A stretch of DNA of 63,992 nt, the filler included, from an uncultured Clostridia bacterium (lineage in GTDB: Bacteria; Aerophobota; Aerophobia; Aerophobales; B3-G15): assembly GCA_964482715.1 (NCBI GenBank). It is 6 parts of 4 records of this genome, joined end to end, with 100 filler letters (N's around TTAATTAATTAA, not from the genome) between each part and the next. Parts side by side here need not be neighbours in the genome. Positions count along the whole stretch, not along the records: positions 27,424 to 59,051 come from CAYZYX010000022.1; 5 more parts are not named here. One strand, 5' to 3'. Both the position numbers and the translations under genes were made by a program. Shown one piece after another: positions 39,551 to 49,285 of this stretch; within the stretch, counting starts at the first letter, position 1; each line of letters starts with the position of its first letter. Under the pieces are notes generated by a model. That model was not told where the DNA came from. It saw only the letters and a list, made by a program, of their open reading frames with translations, and did not search any database.

Positions 39551-41286
39551 TGGAGGGTTTCATTTCTCAGGAAGTAATCGATCATATAGCTGAACAGGCA
39601 GATATTGTTCAGATAATTTCCGAGTACCTTCCCTTAAAAAAGGCGGGCAAAAACTATAAAGCCCTGTGTCCTTTCCATGAAGAAAAAACTCCTTCTTTCA
39701 TGGTGTCTCCTGAAAAACAGGTTTTTCATTGTTTTGGTTGTGGAATTGGGGGTAATGTTTTTACCTTTGTGATGAAATGGGAAAATGTGACTTTCCCTGA
39801 GGCAGTAAAAATAGTAGGAGAAAAAGTAGGCGTTGATGTTAGGGTGAAAAAAGGTGGTTTTTCTCGTGAAAATCAGTATTACAAGATTAACTTAGAAATA
39901 AGTGAGTTTTTCCATCACCAATTAAAGAAGACAAAGCCTGCTCTTGAATACCTTTACAATAGAGGAATTAGACCGGAAAGTATTGAAAAATTCAAATTGG
40001 GATGGGCTCCGGAAAACGGTGATTTATTTCTTTCTTTTTGCCGCAACAAAAATCTTCCTGAAGAAAAACTGAAAGAATTAGGTCTTGTTAGAGTTTCTCC
40101 CGACGGTAAGAGAGTGTATCCATATTTTCAGAGACGCATAATTTTCCCGATATTTTCTCTTTCAGGGAAAGTTGTAGGCTTTGGGGCAAGAGTTCTTGAT
40201 AACTCCTTGCCTAAATACCTTAATTCGCCCCAATCGCAAATATTCGATAAGGGAAAAAATCTCTACGGCTTAAATTTAGCCAGAGAATGGATACGGAAAA
40301 GTCAAGAGACCATTCTGGTTGAGGGTTATACCGATGTTATCACTCTTTATCAGGAGGGAATCTGTAATGTAGTTGCCTCTTTGGGCACTTCTCTCACCAC
40401 GTCTCAGGTGAGACTGCTAAAAAGGTATGCCAATATAGTTTTCATGGCTTATGATGAAGATAGTGCAGGAGAGGCAGCAACTCTCAGAGGTATTGATTTG
40501 TTGCTCAAAGAGGATCTTCAAGTTAAGGTAATCTCGCTTTCTAAAAAAGATCCAGCAGAATTTGTGCAGGAGAAAGGAAAAAAAGCTTTTGTTAGTGAAA
40601 AGAAGAGGGCCTTGCCCTATATTGATTACAGGATAAAACTTATTCTGGAAGACCAGAAACCTCTTACTTTGGAGAGAAAATTAAGGGAGGTTGGTGCCCT
40701 TTTTGCCACCCTGGAGAATATTAACTCTCGATATATTTTAGATGAGGCCCTAAAAAAAATTGCCCAGGCCCTGGACCTTAATGAAGAATCTCTAAGGATC
40801 GAGTTTAACAGGTTTACCCAGAGAAAAGTTAACTTTTCATTTTCTCCTTCATTAAAATTAGAAGTGCCTGAGCAAACAGAGATTGAAAAACGCTTGCTGC
40901 AGGTTATGCTTCAGGACAAAGAAGTGGTGGAAACAGTAAAAGGAGATTTTTCTGTGGAGGAGTTCACCCATCCCCTTTGCCGGAGATTAGCCCAGGAGCT
41001 TTTTGTCCATAGGGATGTTCCTCCTGCCTATCTCATAAATCGAATTGCCGATGAATCCCTAAACTCTTTAATTTCTTCTCTTTCTTTAAGTGATTCCTCT
41101 CTTGAGGATGTTGATTTGCAGCAAGTAGCTCGAGAAATAATCCAGACCCTTAAAAGAAGAAATCGACAGAAAAAAATAGAAAAGCTCTGTAAAATGATCA
41201 AAGAGTTAGAAAAACAAGGGAAAGAAATTGAGGTAAAAAGGTTGTGTGAACAATTAATTCAGTTACGAAAAAGTATCATGAGATGA
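39550..41286 (+). CDS. dnaG: DNA primase
   Basis: CPFH..CFGC zinc finger, PKYLNSP, VEGYTD, YDED TOPRIM. Confidence 0.95.
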   Translation: MEGFISQEVIDHIAEQADIVQIISEYLPLKKAGKNYKALCPFHEEKTPSFMVSPEKQVFHCFGCGIGGNVFTFVMKWENVTFPEAVKIVGEKVGVDVRVKKGGFSRENQYYKINLEISEFFHHQLKKTKPALEYLYNRGIRPESIEKFKLGWAPENGDLFLSFCRNKNLPEEKLKELGLVRVSPDGKRVYPYFQRRIIFPIFSLSGKVVGFGARVLDNSLPKYLNSPQSQIFDKGKNLYGLNLAREWIRKSQETILVEGYTDVITLYQEGICNVVASLGTSLTTSQVRLLKRYANIVFMAYDEDSAGEAATLRGIDLLLKEDLQVKVISLSKKDPAEFVQEKGKKAFVSEKKRALPYIDYRIKLILEDQKPLTLERKLREVGALFATLENINSRYILDEALKKIAQALDLNEESLRIEFNRFTQRKVNFSFSPSLKLEVPEQTEIEKRLLQVMLQDKEVVETVKGDFSVEEFTHPLCRRLAQELFVHRDVPPAYLINRIADESLNSLISSLSLSDSSLEDVDLQQVAREIIQTLKRRNRQKKIEKLCKMIKELEKQGKEIEVKRLCEQLIQLRKSIMR

Positions 41287-42593
41287 GAAAAGCGAGGTGG
41301 GGAACTATGAAAAAGAAAAAGATAAAAGAACTTTTACAGAAAGCAAAAAAAGATGGCAAGCTCTCTTATGGTGAAGTGGAAGAAGCTGCCACCACCAGTG
41401 AAGGAAGAATAGGCATCGAAGATCTCTTTGACATAATTGAACAGGAGGGGATAGAGATAATTCCTGAAGAAACAGAGGAACTTGGAGGCTCAGAATCCAT
41501 TCCCGGTGAAGTTGGTGATGGTATCGGAAGGTATCTTCAGGAAATAGGAAGAACCCCTCTTCTTTCAGCTGAAGAAGAAAGAGAATATGGTATGAAAATC
41601 AAAGAAAGTAAAAAAATAATGAAAACTAAAGTTCTGGAAGTTGTGAACCTTGTGCAGAGGAATAATTATCTTTTATCTCTGGTTAGAAGAAGGGGTCTTA
41701 AAGATGAGGATCTTCGAGGAATAAAGAAGAAATTTAAGAAAGTGAAGAGAGTTACCAATTTAATTATTCAAATCTCAGAAGAAGAAAGCAGCCAGCTTCG
41801 CCCGCCAGAGGACAGGGATTATTTTCTTTCTTTGAGAGAAGAAATAAGAAAAGCCCATTGTTGTTATGAAACATATAGAGACAAAATGATAAGGGCAAAC
41901 CTCAGGCTGGTGGTCAGCTTTGCAAAAAAATATACCGGTAGGGGTGTCCCCTTCCTCGATTTAATTCAGGAGGGAAATATAGGTCTATCACGGGCGGTGG
42001 ATAAGTTTGACTATCGCAGGGGTAATCGTTTCAGCACCTATGCCAGCTGGTGGATAAGACAGTCTCTTTCCCGGGCAATATCTGATCAATCAAGAACTAT
42101 CCGCGTTCCAATCCACATAACTGAACTGATAAAAAAGGTGAATCGTATATCTCAGGAATTGGAACAGGAACTTGGAAGACCTCCTACAGCAAGAGATATT
42201 GCAGAACGCTGTGGTATTTCTCTGGAGAAGGTGGAAAGAGTTCAAAGGGTAATAACCCGTTCTACATCAATGGACACACCAATTGGAGAAGAGGAAGATA
42301 GTTACCTTATTGAACTTATAGAAAATGAAAAGGCAACCTGTCCTTTTGAAGAAGTTAATTTAAGATATCTCAAAAGGGAAATAGAAGAGCTTATTAAACA
42401 GATTAAAGATGACAGAGAAAGAGAGATACTAAAGCTAAGGTTCGGGACCGAAGACGGATGGGACTGTACTCTCCAAGAGATAGGGGAGAGGTATGGGGTG
42501 ACAAGAGAGAGGATTAGACAGATTGAAGCCAAGGTCCTGGCCCAACTCAGGGAAATAGCGAGACAGAAGCGATTGCAGGAATACTTCATGTGA
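41283..42593 (+). CDS. rpoD: Primary RNA polymerase sigma factor (sigma70)
   Basis: YLQEIG region 1.2, NLRLVV, DLIQEGNIGL, FSTYASWWIRQ, TRERIRQIE; downstream of dnaG. Confidence 0.9.
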   Translation: MRKARWGTMKKKKIKELLQKAKKDGKLSYGEVEEAATTSEGRIGIEDLFDIIEQEGIEIIPEETEELGGSESIPGEVGDGIGRYLQEIGRTPLLSAEEEREYGMKIKESKKIMKTKVLEVVNLVQRNNYLLSLVRRRGLKDEDLRGIKKKFKKVKRVTNLIIQISEEESSQLRPPEDRDYFLSLREEIRKAHCCYETYRDKMIRANLRLVVSFAKKYTGRGVPFLDLIQEGNIGLSRAVDKFDYRRGNRFSTYASWWIRQSLSRAISDQSRTIRVPIHITELIKKVNRISQELEQELGRPPTARDIAERCGISLEKVERVQRVITRSTSMDTPIGEEEDSYLIELIENEKATCPFEEVNLRYLKREIEELIKQIKDDREREILKLRFGTEDGWDCTLQEIGERYGVTRERIRQIEAKVLAQLREIARQKRLQEYFM

Positions 42594-43791
42594 TGAAGAG
42601 TGAAACCCTGTGTAGCTCTGGAGATCCAAGGTCTGTTCTAATTTTAAGAAAAGACATAATATCCCGGCGAGTAAGAATACCTACCAGTTTTCCCTTTTGT
42701 ACAACTGGAAGTCGTCCGTGTCCACTTCTTACCATTTTAGAGAGAGCCTCAACTGCATCTTCTTCTGGATGAAGAAGAAGATGAGAAGGCAGTTTGTCCA
42801 TCGCATCGGTTACTTTTAGCTTGTCCCATCTGTCACGGGGAAACTGTTTAATATGGTTAAGTGTTACACAACCAAGAAACTCTCCATTTTTTGCCACAGG
42901 ATAACTGTTGTACCGGTATTTAAAGAAAAACCCCTCTACTAACTGGGATAAAGAAAGAGAAGGGTCAACCGATATAACGTTACGGGTCATGATTTCTTTA
43001 ACTTTTGTTCCAGTAAGTCCCTCCCTCATCAATACCTGCTGGTAACCCGAAGCAGCTGCCTGTTCAAGGAAAAAACCAATAAAAATAAACCATATTCCTC
43101 CAATTATGTTTCCCAGAAGGATTTGAAAAAATCCTAAAAAGATCAAACCAATGGCAAATACTCTGCCAACTTGAGCAGTAATAAATGTAGCCTCTCTAAT
43201 ATTTTTTCTTCTTTTCCAGATGTAAGCACGTAAAAGTCGGCCACCATCAAGTGGGAAACCGGGAACCAAGTTAAAAAGTGCTACGGCAGCGTTTACTATA
43301 GATAGAACACTAAAAACAGAAGCTAATAAGGGAAAAAGATAAATCCGAGCGAATAAAAAACTTAACCCGAAGAAAAGACCCCATAGAACGGCGCTGGCAA
43401 GAGGTCCTGCCACAGCTATTTTGAATTCTGTATCTGGATCAGGTGGTTCCCGGGAGATTTGGGCTACACCTCCAAATATAAACAGAGTAATACGAGGGAC
43501 AGGAATTCCTAATTTTTTACTAACGTAGCTATGAGATATTTCATGAACTAAAATGCAGAGAAAAAAAATTATTGACGTTATAAGTCCCAGACCCCAGTAA
43601 GTCAAAATAGATCTTCCTGGAACCTGTTGAGGAAAATACCCATAAGTTAAACTCCATGCTACCAGCAGAACCACAATAAACCATGTATAATTTAGGTGTA
43701 TCTCAATATCAAAAATAGTGAATAGTTTAATGTCCCCCCCTTTCAAGATAGGGGCTACCGTTCTAACTCTTACATCTTTGTGTTCATCCAT
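42586..43791 (-). CDS. Site-2 protease (M50) with tandem CBS domains
   Basis: HEISH, AGP, FNLVPGFPLDGGR, two C-terminal CBS repeats; start ATG 43791 with AGGAG RBS. Confidence 0.9.
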   Translation of the reverse strand: MDEHKDVRVRTVAPILKGGDIKLFTIFDIEIHLNYTWFIVVLLVAWSLTYGYFPQQVPGRSILTYWGLGLITSIIFFLCILVHEISHSYVSKKLGIPVPRITLFIFGGVAQISREPPDPDTEFKIAVAGPLASAVLWGLFFGLSFLFARIYLFPLLASVFSVLSIVNAAVALFNLVPGFPLDGGRLLRAYIWKRRKNIREATFITAQVGRVFAIGLIFLGFFQILLGNIIGGIWFIFIGFFLEQAAASGYQQVLMREGLTGTKVKEIMTRNVISVDPSLSLSQLVEGFFFKYRYNSYPVAKNGEFLGCVTLNHIKQFPRDRWDKLKVTDAMDKLPSHLLLHPEEDAVEALSKMVRSGHGRLPVVQKGKLVGILTRRDIMSFLKIRTDLGSPELHRVSLFIT

Positions 43792-43861
43792 TATGTCTCC
43801 TTTCATATTAGGGAAGGATTTATAAAGAAACAAGCCTAATATAAATACGGTCTAACTTTTG

Positions 43862-44356
43862 TCAAATCTTTCCCAGAATGATTCTGTCTTTATTTACAGA
43901 TAAAATCGGATAACAATCCATTTTAGTTGCTCTTTTTACTTTTATCCAGTAAGTTCTTTTGAATTTTTCAGCTAAATCTTTTGCATCTTTTTTATCTCTG
44001 GCCAAAATGTAATTTTTCTTTATAAAACCCTTAACCTTTTTATCTATTAGAGTTATTTCATATAGGTACTTTTTATCTGGATTTTGTGCTTCTAAAACTA
44101 TATGTTTGGTGGAAATTTCTTTTACTTTAAATCCATGGATTTCGTCAGTTAACTTTACAGTTGCCTTTTCCCATCGTGGAACATAAAAAACTGGTTGAGA
44201 CTGGATTTTTTTATACGAGATGTCAAATATACGTCTTAATTTGCCAAAGTAAGATTCAAAGATGATCATGGGTTTTTCTATAGAGACAACATAAAAGCCA
44301 TAAAATCTATTACCCTGAGAGATTCTTATTTTCCAGATTTTTTCTCTTCCTATCAT
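43862..44356 (-). CDS. Hypothetical basic protein
   Basis: 164 aa ORF with purine-rich RBS; Lys-rich, AT-rich; no recognised motif. Confidence 0.65.
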   Translation of the reverse strand: MIGREKIWKIRISQGNRFYGFYVVSIEKPMIIFESYFGKLRRIFDISYKKIQSQPVFYVPRWEKATVKLTDEIHGFKVKEISTKHIVLEAQNPDKKYLYEITLIDKKVKGFIKKNYILARDKKDAKDLAEKFKRTYWIKVKRATKMDCYPILSVNKDRIILGKI

Positions 44357-44488
44357 GATTTTCTCTCACCCCTCTTAATGTTAGCCTACCAAAAATTTTA
44401 TTTTAGACAACTTAGGTTTTTGAAAGAGTCTGGTCCGTACTGAGGGCGAAGGGCTCAGGGTAGCTACAGATCGGCTGGAGAAAAGAAG

Positions 44489-44560
44489 AGCTGGCGGAGG
44501 GACTCGAACCCCCAACCTGCTGATTACAAATCAGCTGCTCTACCGTTGAGCTACGCCAGC
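44489..44560 (-). tRNA. tRNA-Thr (anticodon UGU), CCA not encoded
   Basis: GCTGGCG acceptor stem, CTGAT-TTGTAA-TCAG anticodon arm region, GGTTCGAGTCC T arm. Confidence 0.96.
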
Positions 44561-44584
44561 ATTTAGATGTTTATATTTACAACC

Positions 44585-46006
44585 TTAATGAGAAACAAAA
44601 CGCCAGATTGTTTTGTCCTTTGTATCTTCCAGATAAATACCGATATCTGCAAGCTTACTTCTTATTTTATCTGCAAGATCCCATCGCTTTTCCCGACGGA
44701 GAATCTCTCTTACTTCTATTAAAATATCTATTAGCTGTTCTGCCTTTTCGTCAAGTTTTTTTCCTTTTTTTTCCTGGAAAAGGCCAAGAATACTTCCCAT
44801 TTCTTTAATTTTAATTCTAATTTCCTTTAAAGCAAGTCTTACAGAGTCGTCTAAGGGACCTTTAAGCATGAGATTTGCCTGTTTTACAATTTCAAAAATA
44901 CAGGCAAGTGCCCCGGGTGTGTTAAAATCGTCATCAAGAGACCGGAAAAATTTTTGGTAATGTGCTTCAATTTCAGCAGGAAGAGAAAAGATTCCCGTAG
45001 CCTTTTGATACGGAAAGGTAAGTTTATCTATTTTTTCCAAAACATTATAAACCTTAGTTAACGAAGAGGCAGCTTCTTGAAGACTTGTAAGATGGTAATT
45101 CAAAGGGCTGCGATAATGCGCAGACAGAAGATAATATCTTATGACTTCGCCAGAGTACCTTTGTAAAGCTTCCCTCAATGTGACGAAGTTACCGGTCGAT
45201 TTTGCCATTTTTTGGCCATCCACAGTCACAAGTCCATTATGTACCCAAAAACGAGCAAACTCCTTACCTGTAGCTGCCTCTGACTGAGCTATTTCATTTT
45301 CATGATGAGGAAAGATAAGATCTTTACCTCCTCCGTGAATGTCCAGGGTTTCACCCAGATATTTCATGGCCATAGCGGAACACTCAATGTGCCAGCCAGG
45401 TCTTCCTTCACCCCAGGGACTTTTCCAGGAAGGTTCACCTTTCTTAGATTTTTTCCAGAGAGCAAAGTCAAAAGGGTCCTCTTTCTTCTCGTCGATCTCT
45501 ATTCTTGCCCCGGCAGCAAGTTCTTTTAAGGATTGTCCGGATAATTTACCATACCCGGGAAATTTTTTAACTCGAAAAAACACATCTCCATTGACATTAT
45601 AAGCTATCCCTTTCTTTTCTAATTTTCTGATAAGCCCTATCATATCTTCAATGTGCTGGGTTGCCCGGGGATGATACGTGGCCCTTTTTACTCCTAATTT
45701 TTCCATCTGTTGAAAATACTCTTCTATAAATCTTTCAGCCAGGGCAAATATAGTGGTATTAAGCTCTTTAGCTCTTTGAATCATTTTGTCATCCACGTCA
45801 GTAAAATTGGTGACGTATATCACCTTATAGCCTTTATATTCCAGATATCTCCTTATGACATCAAATACCACTGCAGCTCGAGCATGACCAAGATGAAGTT
45901 CATCGTAAAGAGTTACCCCACAAACATACATGGTAACTTTTCTGTTTTGTAGAGGGGAAAAGTTTTCTTTTTTTCGAGTCAAACTGTTATATATTTTAAG
46001 CCCCAT
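44585..46006 (-). CDS. cysS: Cysteine--tRNA ligase
   Basis: YVCGVT, HLGH, GRPGWHIEC, FPHHENE, KMAKS. Confidence 0.96.
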   Translation of the reverse strand: MGLKIYNSLTRKKENFSPLQNRKVTMYVCGVTLYDELHLGHARAAVVFDVIRRYLEYKGYKVIYVTNFTDVDDKMIQRAKELNTTIFALAERFIEEYFQQMEKLGVKRATYHPRATQHIEDMIGLIRKLEKKGIAYNVNGDVFFRVKKFPGYGKLSGQSLKELAAGARIEIDEKKEDPFDFALWKKSKKGEPSWKSPWGEGRPGWHIECSAMAMKYLGETLDIHGGGKDLIFPHHENEIAQSEAATGKEFARFWVHNGLVTVDGQKMAKSTGNFVTLREALQRYSGEVIRYYLLSAHYRSPLNYHLTSLQEAASSLTKVYNVLEKIDKLTFPYQKATGIFSLPAEIEAHYQKFFRSLDDDFNTPGALACIFEIVKQANLMLKGPLDDSVRLALKEIRIKIKEMGSILGLFQEKKGKKLDEKAEQLIDILIEVREILRREKRWDLADKIRSKLADIGIYLEDTKDKTIWRFVSH

Positions 46007-46009
46007 TTC

Positions 46010-46486
46010 TTACCCCTTTTCATTTATCGCTACTACAGAGAGGCAAACTATTGCTTTTTTTTCACCTAAGAAACCCAGACCTTCTGGACTTGTAGCCTTT
46101 ATGCCTACCTGTTCTGTGCGTAATTGAAGAATAGAAGATATCTTTTCTTTCATTTGAGGTATATAAGAAGTAAGCCTTGGTTCCTGAGCAACTAATGTTG
46201 AATCTACATTTACAATATAAAATCCCTTTTTTTGTAATATTTTGTATATCTTTTTCAGTAAAAGCAGACTGGAGATATCTTTATATTTAGGGTCATTATC
46301 TGGAAAATGATAACCCAGATCTCTCTCTCCACAGGCTCCAAGTAGGGCATCTGCTATACTATGAGTGAGAACATCAGCGTCAGAATGACCAGAAAGCCCT
46401 TTATGGTAAGGAATCTCTATTCCTCCAAGGATTAATTTCCTGTCGGGAAGAAGAGGATGAATATCATAACCTATTCCTACTCTCAT
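46010..46486 (-). CDS. ispF: 2-C-methyl-D-erythritol 2,4-cyclodiphosphate synthase
   Basis: MRVGIGYDIH, GHSDADV, IKAT; start ATG 46486. Confidence 0.94.
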   Translation of the reverse strand: MRVGIGYDIHPLLPDRKLILGGIEIPYHKGLSGHSDADVLTHSIADALLGACGERDLGYHFPDNDPKYKDISSLLLLKKIYKILQKKGFYIVNVDSTLVAQEPRLTSYIPQMKEKISSILQLRTEQVGIKATSPEGLGFLGEKKAIVCLSVVAINEKG

Positions 46487-47177
46487 GGCAAGTATTTTTG
46501 TCCTCCAGCAAGATTTTAGCCATTTGAAAATCAAAAGAAGTGGTTATTTTAATGTTTTTTTCTTCACCAGGTATCACCTTCACAGGAACTCCTAATTTCT
46601 CAACAAGCGTTGCATCGTCATTTGCCTTCCAGTTGCGGCTTCTGGCTTCTCGGTGAGCAATTTTCAGAATATCCAATCTAAATCCCTGAGGAGTTTGAAT
46701 TAAATAGAGTCTATCGCGAGGAAGAGTTTTCAGCACAGTTTTATCTTCCTTTACCTCTTTAACAGTTTCTTTAAGAGGTATTCCTGGAGTTACAGCGCCA
46801 AAGCTTTGTGTTTCTCTTATTACCGACTCAACAAGAGATTGAGAAGCAAGTGGTCGAACACCATCATGAACAAGAACTATATCGGTTTGGCTTTCTATTA
46901 CACTGAGCCCTTTAAATACAGAATCTATCCTCTCTTCACCACCCTCTATTACTTCTCTTATTTTCTTATACCTCCACAAAGAGAGCTTGTTTTTTGCGCT
47001 ATTTAACATCCCCTGCGGCACAACCAGAACTATACCCTTTATTAAAGGGCAGTGGTCAAATATGTCTATAGTCCATTCCAGAATTGGTCTTCCGGCTATC
47101 AAACAAAACTGTTTGGGTTCAGTATCACCAAATCTCCTTCCCTTACCACCACCGGCAATTATTACCTCTACTCTCAC
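46464..47177 (-). CDS. ispD: 2-C-methyl-D-erythritol 4-phosphate cytidylyltransferase
   Basis: GGKGRRF..PKQF, VHDGVRP, QTPQGF, NIKITT. Confidence 0.93.
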   Translation of the reverse strand: MRVEVIIAGGGKGRRFGDTEPKQFCLIAGRPILEWTIDIFDHCPLIKGIVLVVPQGMLNSAKNKLSLWRYKKIREVIEGGEERIDSVFKGLSVIESQTDIVLVHDGVRPLASQSLVESVIRETQSFGAVTPGIPLKETVKEVKEDKTVLKTLPRDRLYLIQTPQGFRLDILKIAHREARSRNWKANDDATLVEKLGVPVKVIPGEEKNIKITTSFDFQMAKILLEDKNTCHESRNRL

Positions 47178-48208
47178 TTAACTCTGCCCCGAAATTTCTT
47201 TCGCTCTCTTTCGCTTTCCTCTTTAACTTCGGTAAAGATCATTTTTCCCGTAGTGGTTTGCAAAACAGAAGTAACTGTAACCTCTACCTCCTTTCCTATA
47301 TATTTTTTCCCTCCTTCCACCACCACCATGGTTCCATCCTCAAGATAAGCCACTCCCTGATTGGGATTTTCCCCTTCCTTAAGGATATTTATCCTTAAAG
47401 ATTCTCCCGGAAGCAGGATTGGCTTTAGAGCTGTAGCCAGTTCGTTTATATTGAGAACCATGACATTTTGAATTTTAGCTACCTTTTTTAAATTATAGTC
47501 ATTGGTTACAATTTTTGCGTCCATAGTTTTTGCAAGCTGAAGAAGTTTGTTGTCAACTTCCGGAATATCGGGAAAATCGGTATCCACTATTTCTACCGGA
47601 ACAATGTCTTGATTTTGAAGTTTATTCACTATATCAAGTCCTCTTTTTCCTCTGGCTCTCTTGGTAGAAAGGGGTGAGTCAGCAATCTGCTGGACTTCGG
47701 TGAGGACAAACTGTGGTATAATCAATGTTCCTTCAATAAAACCGGTCTCGCAAATTTCGGCTATCCGTCCATCTATTATTACTGAAGTATCCAGTATTTT
47801 ATATCCTCCCTCTCGAACCCGGGCTTTTTTCCCTGTGATATATGAAATAAACTCAAAGATATCTTCCTCTCTCTTCAGGCCCACACTTAATCCAACACAA
47901 GCACAGACAAGATTTATTGTTAGCAATATTATGGGAGCCATGGTTTTTAAATTGACTATCAAAAGAAGAGGATAGGCAATTAAATTTGCAATTACTAATC
48001 CTATGCCTAAACCTATGCCTCCTGAAATTAATTTTCTTATAGAAACCTTGGAAAGACCTCTCTCGGCTATTACAATTATGGTGGCTATCCATCCTCCAAT
48101 GAGAGCATAGGTCCAGGGGTTTACCTGCATATTAAGTGCTATTCCATAACATACTGCAGCTACAAGAATAACAAAAAGTACACGTAATCTAATTTGTTCA
48201 AAACTCAT
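47174..48208 (-). CDS. Membrane PIN/TRAM domain protein (YacL)
   Basis: N-terminal TMs, LDTSVIIDGR, TNDYNL, GVAYLEDGTMVVVE. Confidence 0.9.
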   Translation of the reverse strand: MSFEQIRLRVLFVILVAAVCYGIALNMQVNPWTYALIGGWIATIIVIAERGLSKVSIRKLISGGIGLGIGLVIANLIAYPLLLIVNLKTMAPIILLTINLVCACVGLSVGLKREEDIFEFISYITGKKARVREGGYKILDTSVIIDGRIAEICETGFIEGTLIIPQFVLTEVQQIADSPLSTKRARGKRGLDIVNKLQNQDIVPVEIVDTDFPDIPEVDNKLLQLAKTMDAKIVTNDYNLKKVAKIQNVMVLNINELATALKPILLPGESLRINILKEGENPNQGVAYLEDGTMVVVEGGKKYIGKEVEVTVTSVLQTTTGKMIFTEVKEESERERKKFRGRVK

Positions 48209-48226
48209 GAATTATTCTCCTCCTTG

Positions 48227-49282
48227 TTAGTATTTTCCCACCAGAGCTCTATCTCTAAGTCTTTCTAATTCTATCTTAATGGCATTGGCCCTTTTTTCTC
48301 CCACTTCGTTAATCTCTGTTAACTGCTGGGGTGTAGCCTTCATTATATTTACCAGACTTCCTAAGGCCTTTACAACATTGTCTACCACAACTCTTGGAAG
48401 TCGGGGAATCTTGGATAATACTCTATAACCTTTAGGATAAACTGCAAGATCCAGACTTTCAGCAGATGCTCCGTATCCCAGAGCATCAGCGATAAGATTG
48501 ACTTCAAGAAGTTTGTCAAAATCCAGAGAATCTAATTTCTCTATCGTCTTAGGTGGGTCTTTGGCGTAATCTCTTATGACTTTTTCTACCTCCTCCAGGG
48601 TATCTCCAACTATTTCTTTTAATTGCATCTCCACTAATCTTGCTTCGGTTCCAAGTTCAATTATATAACGGTCAACCTCCTCCTTTATCCTCTTTATAAC
48701 TTCTCCTTTTTGAATAACATTGACAACATTAAAGAGTCTTACCTCGTCTTGAAATTCAAGAATGTTCAACTCTCTTAAAACTTCGCTAAAGGCTATTCTA
48801 TATCTTTCCAATGTTTGAAGAGCCTGGCTTGACCTTCGAAGGAGCTCAGGTAAAGGTTTCAGGACATACTTGGTATTTCCCTGATATAAAGTGACCACAT
48901 TTCTGGATTGAGAGATAGCGATAACCGGACAGCCAGTTTGTTTGGCCATTCGATCGGCGCTTCTGTGTCTTGTTCCCCTTTCTTCAGTGGGAATTAAATA
49001 ATCAGGGACAAGCTGGGTGTTAGCATAGAGAATTTTCTTAGCATCTCTTGAGAGAATAATTGCTCCATCCATTTTAGCAAGCTCTGCCAGAGCCATGGGG
49101 GTAAGAAGGGAATTCACCTGAAACCCCCCATCTATGGCACTAAAAACCTTTTCGTTGTCCCCTATGACTATTAATCCCCCTGTTCCCCCTTGAAGTATTA
49201 TTTCCAATCCTTCTCTCAAATCAGTACCCGGGGAAACGAGTTTTAAAAGCCTTAAAAGTTCCTCGTTAAATTTTTTCTGCAA
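48227..49282 (-). CDS. disA: DNA integrity scanning diadenylate cyclase
   Basis: KMDGA and GTRHR DAC motifs, C-terminal HhH; follows radA. Confidence 0.93.
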   Translation of the reverse strand: MQKKFNEELLRLLKLVSPGTDLREGLEIILQGGTGGLIVIGDNEKVFSAIDGGFQVNSLLTPMALAELAKMDGAIILSRDAKKILYANTQLVPDYLIPTEERGTRHRSADRMAKQTGCPVIAISQSRNVVTLYQGNTKYVLKPLPELLRRSSQALQTLERYRIAFSEVLRELNILEFQDEVRLFNVVNVIQKGEVIKRIKEEVDRYIIELGTEARLVEMQLKEIVGDTLEEVEKVIRDYAKDPPKTIEKLDSLDFDKLLEVNLIADALGYGASAESLDLAVYPKGYRVLSKIPRLPRVVVDNVVKALGSLVNIMKATPQQLTEINEVGEKRANAIKIELERLRDRALVGKY

Positions 49283-49285
49283 CAG

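Noticed and set aside
43792-43861. att site (duplicated tRNA 3' end) bounding an island
   Set aside because: No copy of the tRNA-Thr 3' sequence was seen downstream.
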